Both the position numbers and the translations under genes were made by a program. Shown here one piece after another: positions 1 to 7,430 of a stretch of 26,331 nucleotides of DNA. The DNA is from a virus (taxonomy: Duplodnaviria > Caudoviricetes), in IMG/VR virus record IMGVR_UViG_3300042348_000006, positions 1 through 26,331 of that record; one strand, 5' to 3'. Numbering within the stretch: position 1 is the first letter of the stretch; each line of letters begins with the position of its first letter. The notes below the pieces were generated by a model. That model did no database searches. It was not told where the DNA came from and worked only from the letters and a program-made list of their open reading frames with translations.

Positions 1-202
1 GCAACTCCTTCCTAACAGCCTGAATAGTTGGGCAAGGATAATAACGCCTTAGAAGGTCGCAACCCTCACAATACGGAGTGCCTTCTATTGGCTTATGTAA
101 TTCCACTACTGCAAGAAGGGCATCATAGGCAACTTGTTCTCGGTCTCTTCTTGCAAGGTCAATACCTTCTAATATTCTTGCCAGCAATTCATCGTGTGTC
201 AT
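1..202 (-). CDS. small phage protein with a putative His/Cys metal site; runs off the window edge (not in ORF track)
   Basis: Hand translation: MTHDELLARILEGIDLARRDREQVAYDALLAVVELHKPIEGTPYCEGCDLLRRYYPCPTIQAVRKEL... ATG overlaps the upstream TGA (ATGA, 199-202). Pattern H..CxxC..YPC. Confidence 0.75.
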   Translation of the reverse strand, partial: MTHDELLARILEGIDLARRDREQVAYDALLAVVELHKPIEGTPYCEGCDLLRRYYPCPTIQAVRKEL

Positions 203-369
203 ATTGACATCCATCCTATATACCCTGCATCAGGGTTGTCTAGTAACCATTGCTGTCTCATTTTGTTTTGTTCCTCCCAGTTGGTATCGCTACTTGCATT
301 AACCTTTAATCCTTCTTCATAACCTTTTTCATAGGCCTCTGTTAAAGCAAACTTAATTGTCTTGTGCAT
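199..369 (-). CDS. 56-aa hypothetical protein (not in ORF track)
   Basis: Hand translation: MHKTIKFALTEAYEKGYEEGLKVNASSDTNWEEQNKMRQQWLLDNPDAGYIGWMSI*. It lies directly after the protease stop with AGGAG just upstream and is coupled to the next gene by ATGA. Confidence 0.65.
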   Translation of the reverse strand: MHKTIKFALTEAYEKGYEEGLKVNASSDTNWEEQNKMRQQWLLDNPDAGYIGWMSI

Positions 370-374
370 AACTC

Positions 375-944
375 CTACTTAGTAAATTGTGTCTTGACAC
401 TAACAGTGCCACCACACCAGATGTTGTATTGTATCGCTATATTGATAGCCTTTTTTGCAGCACTTGATGCTTTAGCGTGAGTCTTTGTATCACCATCTAG
501 TGCTACTAAAGCACCCATTGCTAAAGAGCCACCAGAACCTATACCGTATAAACCTCTATCATCTCGCATATAACCGTAGTCATCACTGATCTGATAAAGA
601 TTTCCATTAAAACAAACTAAAGCATCCCAGCCTGAATCATCATCAGCTTTACCTTTAGGATTAGGATCATAACCTGCATCAGTTAAGGCTTGTTTAATAG
701 ATGGTAGAACTCTGATCATCATAAAGCGATCAGGATCTTGAGTCTTTAATACCTTAGGCGGTTGCCATAAGTTATTTAATATATCTCCAGCGAGTGCATC
801 ACCAGCAACAGCAATTAAGTATTCATTAATCTTAACAATTTTATCGTAGCCCTTAGCAACGTAAGGTCTATCTGTATAGGTAGTCATAGAGTCAGCAGCA
901 ATAACTGCCCAACCCTTACCTTGAATACCAACTATTGCCGTCAC
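375..944 (-). CDS. HslV/proteasome-beta-like Ntn-hydrolase (threonine protease)
   Basis: N-terminus M-T-AIVGI...VIAADS..T gives Thr1 after Met removal. Also KI (Lys33-like), IAVAG and GIGSGG motifs, and 189 aa fits the fold. GTG start with AAGGAG RBS (951-956). Confidence 0.85.
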   Translation of the reverse strand: MTAIVGIQGKGWAVIAADSMTTYTDRPYVAKGYDKIVKINEYLIAVAGDALAGDILNNLWQPPKVLKTQDPDRFMMIRVLPSIKQALTDAGYDPNPKGKADDDSGWDALVCFNGNLYQISDDYGYMRDDRGLYGIGSGGSLAMGALVALDGDTKTHAKASSAAKKAINIAIQYNIWCGGTVSVKTQFTK

Positions 945-969
945 TGCATACTCCTTTTATCTTGGATTA

Positions 970-978
970 ATTGTAGCA
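970..978 (-). promoter_or_regulatory. extended -10 promoter element (TGcTACAAT) for the leftward protease unit
   Basis: Minus strand reads GGTGCTACAATTAATCCAAGATAAAAGGAG: TGn plus TACAAT, about 25 nt upstream of the GTG start. No consensus -35 element. Confidence 0.55.
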
Positions 979-1007
979 CCGCCCGTAAAAAATACTGGGA
1001 TGTAGAG

Positions 1008-1018
1008 GCGACACGCCG
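1008..1018 (+). promoter_or_regulatory. GCGACACGCCG motif containing GACAC (candidate WhiA-type site), upstream of a TACCAT -10-like hexamer at 1057-1062
   Basis: The motif is in the sequence. GACAC is the established core of actinobacterial WhiA sites; the assignment here is inference. Confidence 0.3.
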
Positions 1019-1063
1019 TGAGTGCGATCCTTTCGGATTACTAGATCGGAAATGTGTACCATA

Positions 1064-1150
1064 TGAGCCGAAGGCGAATTACAGATACGGTAACCAACCA
1101 AGGCGGCGCTGAAAGCGCCGAGGCGACTGACCACAGGAAGGAGCCGACCT
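1064..1150 (+). other. GC-rich cluster of short hairpins (structured ssDNA or RNA element)
   Basis: GCC-GAA-GGC (1067-1075); perfect 7-bp CGGCGCT-GAA-AGCGCCG (1104-1120); GGC-GACTGA-CC-ACA-GG-AAGGA-GCC (1122-1145). Confidence 0.55.
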
Positions 1151-1157
1151 GAGCAAT

Positions 1158-1394
1158 ATGTTCCGTCTACCAACCCTGCGAAAAAATAAAGAGAAACTAC
1201 CAGATAAATTTGGTACGGACCTTAGGTCCTTAGGACCACTACACGCTTGTCCTTGTGGCTCTAAAGTATTCTCTATCCTAGCTACCTTTGATAACTTTGA
1301 GATCTCCTGGTATATGTTAGATGCAACCTGTGCTAACTGTGGTAACCTAATAATTGTGCCTTGTCCGGTAGATGATCCCGCTAGGGAAATTTAG
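1158..1394 (+). CDS. 78-aa Cys-rich zinc-ribbon-like protein; the only credible plus-strand gene
   Basis: CPCGS ... CANCG ... PCP motifs. It fills the gap between the divergent region and the terminator at about 1400. Confidence 0.7.
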   Translation: MFRLPTLRKNKEKLPDKFGTDLRSLGPLHACPCGSKVFSILATFDNFEISWYMLDATCANCGNLIIVPCPVDDPAREI

Positions 1395-1399
1395 GGCAT

Positions 1400-1432
1400 A
1401 AAAAAAGAGGGGCGCAGTTAAGCGCCCCCCTT
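1400..1432 (-). terminator. intrinsic terminator closing the structural/lysis operon, possibly bidirectional
   Basis: Minus strand GGGGCGC-TTAACT-GCGCCCC followed by TCTTTTTTT, located between convergent genes. Confidence 0.85.
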
Positions 1433-1455
1433 ATATTGCCTCGCAGTAAACTAAA

Positions 1456-1674
1456 TTACTCGGCTCCTACGCCGTAGGCTTTTTCAGTCTTATCTGCCCA
1501 CTTAGCCAGTGGACCAGCGATTGAACCAATCAAGATTGCATACTCTGGTGCAAGATCTGCAGCAAGTGCAAGACCCATAGTTACTGCTGATGCTAATACT
1601 GCCCGTAGATAAGACTTAAATGCAGCCTTAGTCTTTGGGTCTTTTAACTTGTCAATTAGTTTATTCATATCCAT
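1456..1674 (-). CDS. putative holin
   Basis: 72 aa with two hydrophobic segments (YLRAVLASAVTMGLALA; YAILIGSIAGPL) and a charged tail, directly after the endolysin. Confidence 0.7.
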   Translation of the reverse strand: MDMNKLIDKLKDPKTKAAFKSYLRAVLASAVTMGLALAADLAPEYAILIGSIAGPLAKWADKTEKAYGVGAE

Positions 1675-1676
1675 CC

Positions 1677-2132
1677 TTACGGGCGAACTACACCCATTAC
1701 TAGAGAGTATGGTCGTTTCCTAAGATACACACCATCCCCGTTTGATTGACTGCCTTTGGAACCACTGCTTGTATTACCCTCAATTACTTGAAGATACTTC
1801 AACCTAGTGTTATTCCATTTGACAATTCCAACGTGGTCAGGCTCTGCATCTTTATCAAACTGGAAGAAAACAATATCTCCAGCTTGCGCTTGACCTATTG
1901 GAATCATCTTATTCTTATTGATAAACCACTTCAGTCCAGCATCACAGGAGGCAAAGCCTTTCTCTCCTTGTGCTGTAATCTTATTACCTAAATTCGCTTT
2001 GTTAAATACCCAAGATACAAACATCGCACACCAAGGTTGGTTGTTAGCACCATACCACTTGCCATACTTGTTATCATTATTGCCGGTCTCTCTGTTTCCT
2101 ATCTCAGCCTTTGCTATCTCTACTACGCTCAT
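1677..2132 (-). CDS. CHAP-domain endolysin (catalytic domain only)
   Basis: PWCAMFVSW (catalytic Cys), GDIVFF, DHVGIV (His) and IEGNT motifs. Confidence 0.9.
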   Translation of the reverse strand: MSVVEIAKAEIGNRETGNNDNKYGKWYGANNQPWCAMFVSWVFNKANLGNKITAQGEKGFASCDAGLKWFINKNKMIPIGQAQAGDIVFFQFDKDAEPDHVGIVKWNNTRLKYLQVIEGNTSSGSKGSQSNGDGVYLRKRPYSLVMGVVRP

Positions 2133-2332
2133 CTTGTTAGTGACTCCTTTACTAGATCTGTTAAGAATTGAACCTTCTCCTCTAATCTTGAAACCTGGTC
2201 CTTGATACTGGAGCCGCCATTTTGTTTAAGTTCAGATAGATAGTATTTAACAAGGTGCCTTACTGTTACAGCCAGTGTTCCAACAAGTGTAGTTACCGCT
2301 ACTGCCAGTCCTGCCCATTCGTTCGGGGTCAT
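2129..2332 (-). CDS. single-TM membrane protein of the lysis cassette (holin-like)
   Basis: N-terminal hydrophobic helix, then NGGSSIKD and a coiled-coil-like segment. ATGA overlap with the endolysin. Confidence 0.6.
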   Translation of the reverse strand: MTPNEWAGLAVAVTTLVGTLAVTVRHLVKYYLSELKQNGGSSIKDQVSRLEEKVQFLTDLVKESLTR

Positions 2333-2336
2333 AGTG

Positions 2337-4277
2337 TTATACCGTTCTGATAGTTACGATTAGATTGCCACCGTAACCGGAGAACCTTCTATCGCTTGGG
2401 GTTTTATTTATAAAGTCAAGCTCTTCAATTAATCCAATGTATGACTCACCAGTTCTAAAGTCTTCAACTCTTAATGTATCTCCAACATTTTCAATACCTT
2501 CCAGTACGGACATACGCTCATATGCTGAACCTTCGTATCCAGTCTCTACTCCAAGATTATCTGACTCGTGGTCATAGCAGAATAGTGGATATTGAATTAA
2601 TCTTTGACGAGGTACTGCTGGTAAAGACTTCAGTTGATATCCAGTAAACAAAGGTCCTTTAAGGACATCAGTAGATGAGCGAGTAAAGGTGAACTTAAAT
2701 CCTAGATACTCCTGCGCTGCCTGTGGATAACTAACAGTTACCTCTGGTACTACAGACCCTTGTGCAAAGCTGCCAATGTTGTAGAAGTTATCAGCATAAT
2801 CAACAGACTGAAGACTAATTCCACCATTACTGGTATCAATACGAGCTTGTAATAATTTATAGATCTTAGTCTCTAATGTGTTGTATCGGATGTAACCAGT
2901 ACGCAAGTAACCACTTGCTACTAGGCTAGTTGCAGATTCAATCCATATTCCATCACCTGGTACAGCAAAGACAACCCTATCGGTATTACCAAGAAAGTCT
3001 GTAGATACTGGGTTAGCAGTCTCACCGCTTGCATAAAGATCCCAAGCATAAGCAAAGACAAGGCTATTAGGAACTGCTGGCTGTGATAAATCAATACGGA
3101 TTAGACCTGACTCGGTACCTTGCAAGGTTGTTACATAAGCAAATTTATCTCTAAAGGTTACGCTCTTGCACTCTGTATCTACCAGTAATGGTCCGTAGCT
3201 AATGTCACCATCAGCAGATACCACTGCAACTCTTACGCCTTTATTAGTGCAAAGAACTCCAAAGGTACCAAGGTATACATCAAAGGCATTTATTATTTCA
3301 CCCTCTGGTAGGTCAACAACTACTGTTGGGACATTAAGTTCTGGAAATCCTAGAGAGTTAGCATTAGCAGTATCTAATGTAATCTTGTAGAGAGACGACT
3401 GAGATCCAGCATAGCCACCAACATAGAAAGCAGCAGGTCCTTCAGATATGGTTGTCCATATCCAAGATGGGTTTGGATGTTCATAAAGTGCAGTAGGTAA
3501 AGCGTGACCACCTGCAGTGGTTGCCTTGTTAGAATCTAATTCGTATAACTCTCTACCAATACCAGCAAGTAAACGTTGCTTTGCATAGCGCAATGCTACT
3601 GTGGTAACTGGACCATCAAGATCGTAGATATGACCATCAGATGTAGAGCCAAAGATATTACCTCTATGAAGTTTGTCATTATCTGCAGCAAAGTATCTAG
3701 TACCATCAGAGGTTAGAGCCATAAAATCAAGTGTGTGTGGAGCTGCTGTTAAGGTATAGGTAGTAACGGTGGGTGTATCATCACTCATAGTGAGTTTCTT
3801 TAGATCAGGTCCTTCAGTAAAGACAACTGCATCTACGTTATTAGCGTTATCTCTAGCACCAATTAGGTATAGATTAGTTGCTGTTGCAACCCTAGCCCTG
3901 ACTGTAGTGTTTAGTAGAGTTGCCTGTCCTTTAGTCCAGACATCCATACCCTTAGATTCTGTGTACTGGAAACGAAGTGACTCTTCTTGTATTGGCTCAA
4001 AGAACTTGATACCAGCGCCAAGGTGGAATGAACTTTGGGAGCGTACCCACCAACCAGTAAGAGTCTGCTCTCCTGGCTCTCTAGTCTGATCAATCTGTTG
4101 CTTACGGTACTGGGCAGTAACTCTACGGTAAGGTGTCTCATCAGAGGCACCAATAAAGAATGGTTGTCCTGCGATTGCTACATCATAGGATACGCCAGTA
4201 GCTGAGTAGTTGGTAGAACCTGCAGGGTTGGATAATACGTAAGGGATGCCTTCGGTAATATCATCGCCGTATGCCAT
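2337..4277 (-). CDS. putative tail nozzle / tail tubular protein B (T7 gp12 / P22 gp10-like role)
   Basis: 646 aa, beta-rich, last structural gene before lysis, AAGGAG RBS. Function inferred from size, composition and position. Confidence 0.55.
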   Translation of the reverse strand: MAYGDDITEGIPYVLSNPAGSTNYSATGVSYDVAIAGQPFFIGASDETPYRRVTAQYRKQQIDQTREPGEQTLTGWWVRSQSSFHLGAGIKFFEPIQEESLRFQYTESKGMDVWTKGQATLLNTTVRARVATATNLYLIGARDNANNVDAVVFTEGPDLKKLTMSDDTPTVTTYTLTAAPHTLDFMALTSDGTRYFAADNDKLHRGNIFGSTSDGHIYDLDGPVTTVALRYAKQRLLAGIGRELYELDSNKATTAGGHALPTALYEHPNPSWIWTTISEGPAAFYVGGYAGSQSSLYKITLDTANANSLGFPELNVPTVVVDLPEGEIINAFDVYLGTFGVLCTNKGVRVAVVSADGDISYGPLLVDTECKSVTFRDKFAYVTTLQGTESGLIRIDLSQPAVPNSLVFAYAWDLYASGETANPVSTDFLGNTDRVVFAVPGDGIWIESATSLVASGYLRTGYIRYNTLETKIYKLLQARIDTSNGGISLQSVDYADNFYNIGSFAQGSVVPEVTVSYPQAAQEYLGFKFTFTRSSTDVLKGPLFTGYQLKSLPAVPRQRLIQYPLFCYDHESDNLGVETGYEGSAYERMSVLEGIENVGDTLRVEDFRTGESYIGLIEELDFINKTPSDRRFSGYGGNLIVTIRTV

Positions 4278-4291
4278 TGATCTCCTTAAAT

Positions 4292-4314
4292 AGAAAACCC
4301 CACCGAAGCGGGGT
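4292..4314 (-). terminator. terminator-like hairpin inside the tail operon
   Basis: Minus strand ACCCCGC-TTCG-GTGGGGT followed by TTTCT; C(UUCG)G tetraloop. Confidence 0.7.
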
Positions 4315-4349
4315 AGTTAATAATTGTAGAACAATCTCAGAGGATTGTG

Positions 4350-4646
4350 CTATAAAATGTTTAAAATTGCTTCTGCTTTAGCGCATTCCACAATTTCAGT
4401 TTTAAGCAACCCAGTTACTTGATCGTACTGTTGCAAAACTGCTAAGCGAGCCAATTTATCCATCGGGCATTGTCTAGCGGCTTCTTGAATTTCCACATTT
4501 TTTAAGTGAACTAAATCTTTATCCCATTCACCATCTAGTGTCTGTAATAGAGATTTATAGGTTTCAATATTTAATTTATATTGATCTACTTCTAATTGCC
4601 TTACTTCTTTTGGTGTTAAGGTTGTTTCTTTAGTATTTATTTCCAT
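4350..4646 (-). CDS. 98-aa helical hypothetical protein, possibly a chaperone or partner of the propeller
   Basis: ATG with AAGGA upstream, visibly AT-rich, follows the propeller gene. Confidence 0.6.
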   Translation of the reverse strand: MEINTKETTLTPKEVRQLEVDQYKLNIETYKSLLQTLDGEWDKDLVHLKNVEIQEAARQCPMDKLARLAVLQQYDQVTGLLKTEIVECAKAEAILNIL

Positions 4647-4668
4647 TTTTTTCCTTTGTTAGTAGTAA

Positions 4669-5688
4669 TTAAACAAATGCCACAGAATTTGTGCCAACGC
4701 CTGAAATGCCTGATGCGGGATCGGCATATTTAGTACCAAAACCTGCTGACCAAGAAAAAACATTTATTCTTGGATCAGTATTAAATACAAACGCAACATC
4801 TGTTCCTGTTGGATTAAATCTAATACCACTACCCACGCCACTACCCACCCCGCCCGATGGGTCAGCATATTTTGTACCAAATCCACTTGACCAAGCCCAA
4901 GCATTAGCAACGTGAGATTGTCCATTAGAAGCAACAACATCACCTTGTGGTCGCCAAGTAACACCTGCCCCATATCCAGCAGGCAAAGATGCAGGATTGG
5001 CATACTTTGTACCAAAACCTGCTGACCAAGGATATGCTGAAACAAATGGACTATTTAAGTGACCAAATATAACTGCATCACCAGCAGGATTAAATTCAAC
5101 TGAAAAAGTATCACCAGTAGGTAACGTTGCAGGATTTGTATATTTAGTTCCAAATCCAGCCGACCAAGGATAAGCATTTATATAAGGAGAAGCTGATAAT
5201 GCAAAAGCAACAACATCGCCTTGTGGTCGCCAAGATTGACCATAAGCATAATTAGCAATAGCACTTGCTGGATTAGCATACTTTGTACCAAAACCCGAAC
5301 TCCAAGGATATGCTGAAGCCCAAGGACTAATATCGTGGGTTACCATAATAGTTGCACCATCTGGACTCCATTTTGCTTCATCTCCAGCACCTGCTGGTAA
5401 TGTTGCTGGGTCTGCATATTTACTTCCAAAACCAGATGATGACCAAGGATATGTTGAAACAAATGGTGTCGTTGCGTGTGCAACTGCAATTGCTGTTTTG
5501 TTTGGATTAAATTCAGCCGAATAACCAGCACCCGTTGGTAATGTTGCAGGATTAGAGTATTTACTTCCAAAACCTGTTCCGCTTACAAAATCCCAAACAG
5601 TTACTCTTGGTGAAGATGCTAAAGATACTGCTATTAAATTTGGAACTATTTTTAATATACTTGAAGCAATAATACCTAATAAACTCAT
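4669..5688 (-). CDS. 7-bladed beta-propeller (WD40-like) protein, putative receptor-binding tip; start revised to MSLLGIIASS (339 aa)
   Basis: Seven ~46-aa repeats sharing GFG(T/S)KYx(N/D)P. The ATG at 5686-5688 overlaps the upstream stop as TAATG. Confidence 0.75.
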   Translation of the reverse strand: MSLLGIIASSILKIVPNLIAVSLASSPRVTVWDFVSGTGFGSKYSNPATLPTGAGYSAEFNPNKTAIAVAHATTPFVSTYPWSSSGFGSKYADPATLPAGAGDEAKWSPDGATIMVTHDISPWASAYPWSSGFGTKYANPASAIANYAYGQSWRPQGDVVAFALSASPYINAYPWSAGFGTKYTNPATLPTGDTFSVEFNPAGDAVIFGHLNSPFVSAYPWSAGFGTKYANPASLPAGYGAGVTWRPQGDVVASNGQSHVANAWAWSSGFGTKYADPSGGVGSGVGSGIRFNPTGTDVAFVFNTDPRINVFSWSAGFGTKYADPASGISGVGTNSVAFV

Positions 5689-6518
5689 TACGCAATATCT
5701 CCTACCACATACCAAGTATCGGTAGCGACCTTAATACAGGATGCAGCCGAGAATTGCGCTCTTAGTTTAGGTGCAGTAGCAGTTGCTCCAGTTGATGAGA
5801 TGGTAGTAGTTCCTGAGGTTACAGCTTTAATAGTTGTTTGACCTGCACCAATTTGAATAACATTAATAACTGTTCCTACTGGAAAAGCAACATTGGCGTT
5901 AGTTGGAATCTGGAAGTCATTAGCAGATGCAACTGACATTGTGACCAATTGATAGGCGTTACCTAAGACAACTGTGTATGTGGCAGTTTCAGCATCAAGA
6001 ACGACAGGAATTCCAGCAGAATAGGCAAGGCCCGTTGCGGTACTAGAATCCGCTACAAGTGTGTGTCCGTTTGTGCCTACTGAGAGAACAGCAGGGGTAT
6101 CATTAGCTGTACCGGTGAGGATGTCACCCTTAGCAGCAATGATAGATTTTGGTATTGCCGCATCTGCTGTTGTAACTCCTTCTCTATAAAATATTAAATC
6201 ACTTGAGGTAAGAACGTGCTTAATAGAAGCACCAGCATTGTGAGCAATGCCAGATACTCCAGGAGTTCCAGTTCCTGCTTGACCTCTGCTAATTGTAAGG
6301 GTGTCACCAGAAACACCTGTTACGAAAACAATCTCCTCATTAACAGTATCGTGATCTATTGCAACGGTAAAGATATCTACGTTGCCAGGATCAAGGGTTA
6401 CACCACCTAACAAAGCTGTAGCAGCACCAACTGATGGAACTATCATAGTAGTAGCAGTAGTATTTATACCGCTATTAAGCGTTGTTTCAACGCTTATACT
6501 TGAGTATTCTCTAGCCAT
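5688..6518 (-). CDS. tail fibre / fibre-anchor protein
   Basis: Thr/Ala/Gly-rich, with a KGDILTGTANDTPAVLSVGTNGHTLVADS fibre-shaft-like motif and a C-terminal FPVGTVINVIQIGAG...WYVVGDIA domain. Follows the tail adaptor. Confidence 0.7.
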   Translation of the reverse strand: MAREYSSISVETTLNSGINTTATTMIVPSVGAATALLGGVTLDPGNVDIFTVAIDHDTVNEEIVFVTGVSGDTLTISRGQAGTGTPGVSGIAHNAGASIKHVLTSSDLIFYREGVTTADAAIPKSIIAAKGDILTGTANDTPAVLSVGTNGHTLVADSSTATGLAYSAGIPVVLDAETATYTVVLGNAYQLVTMSVASANDFQIPTNANVAFPVGTVINVIQIGAGQTTIKAVTSGTTTISSTGATATAPKLRAQFSAASCIKVATDTWYVVGDIA

Positions 6519-6527
6519 TTATCTTCC

Positions 6528-7430
6528 TTATCTCGTATAGTGTAATCTTATTGGGAATCTGTCTTTCAACTTCAACGCTTCTTCGTTTAATCTCTGTTGG
6601 TATAGAGCGTAGATATAACGAGAAGATGAAACACCAGCAGTGGATGGAATCTTGCTATCGGCACTATCAGCCTCAGCAGATGAAAGATTAATACGACCTG
6701 GATCTAGGAATGATAGCAATTTATATGAAGCACCAAGAGTTACCACATCCTGAGCTGATTGTGGTAAGCCAGTTACATCAGCAAAATCATCTGTATTATT
6801 ATCTAGAGTATTAGGTGTTGTGGTATACCAAACCTGAACTGTTCTACCAGGTTGGATATTCTCATAAAGACTTACTGTATTAGTTGTATTAAAGGCAGCA
6901 GCATTAGCCATACCATCTGATCTCCAGCGATTAATCGGTAGCCACTCTTGGCTTGATCCGGTAGTCTGCCAAGATAGATATAGGATTGATTCTAAATCAT
7001 CTGGTAATGGGTAGGTTGTTTGTGAGGCATTAAATGTAAAGGTGTATGAAGATACCGCCCAGAGATTAGGAAATAGGCTATTGATAGTATCGTTGATAGC
7101 CTTCTTAATAGACACTCTAGGAAATGTAGGAGCTAAAGTAATTTGAGCATACTGTGAATGTGGTGCAGGGGATGTTCCTTGGTAGCCCCTACCAAATCCT
7201 GGTACTACGTTAAGTACACTTGTTACTTTATCAAAGGAGTCAATCCAAATAAGTTCATCATCAATTTCAATAGTACCTTTAGCAAGGTTTGAGGCAGAGC
7301 CAATAGTGATAGCAGTACTGGTAGTGGTCAGACCATTAGCATTAGCTACATAACTAATACGATCTTGTCGCAAGGTATAACCTTGAAGGTTAGCCCTGAT
7401 ATCACTTACCATTTCATTTAGTGTGCTCAT
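6528..7430 (-). CDS. putative head-tail adaptor / tail tubular protein A (T7 gp11 / P22 gp4-like role)
   Basis: MSTLNEMVSDIR N-terminus, 'IKKAINDTI', 'TYPLPDD' and a C-terminal helix 'ALYQQRLNEE' match adaptor-type architecture. Position agrees. Confidence 0.6.
   Translation of the reverse strand: MSTLNEMVSDIRANLQGYTLRQDRISYVANANGLTTTSTAITIGSASNLAKGTIEIDDELIWIDSFDKVTSVLNVVPGFGRGYQGTSPAPHSQYAQITLAPTFPRVSIKKAINDTINSLFPNLWAVSSYTFTFNASQTTYPLPDDLESILYLSWQTTGSSQEWLPINRWRSDGMANAAAFNTTNTVSLYENIQPGRTVQVWYTTTPNTLDNNTDDFADVTGLPQSAQDVVTLGASYKLLSFLDPGRINLSSAEADSADSKIPSTAGVSSSRYIYALYQQRLNEEALKLKDRFPIRLHYTR

Noticed and set aside
921-1173. 63-aa (+) and 68-aa (-) ORFs across the divergent region
   Set aside because: Neither has a convincing RBS or protein-like features. 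The region is better explained by promoter elements and hairpins.
4700-5600. Regularly spaced repeats resembling a CRISPR array
   Set aside because: The spacing is about 138 nt, the repeats are degenerate at synonymous positions, and they lie within one ORF. They are propeller blades.
5689-5715. Upstream start (MVCGRRYCV) for the propeller
   Set aside because: The TAATG overlap at 5686-5690 gives a more typical coupled start.
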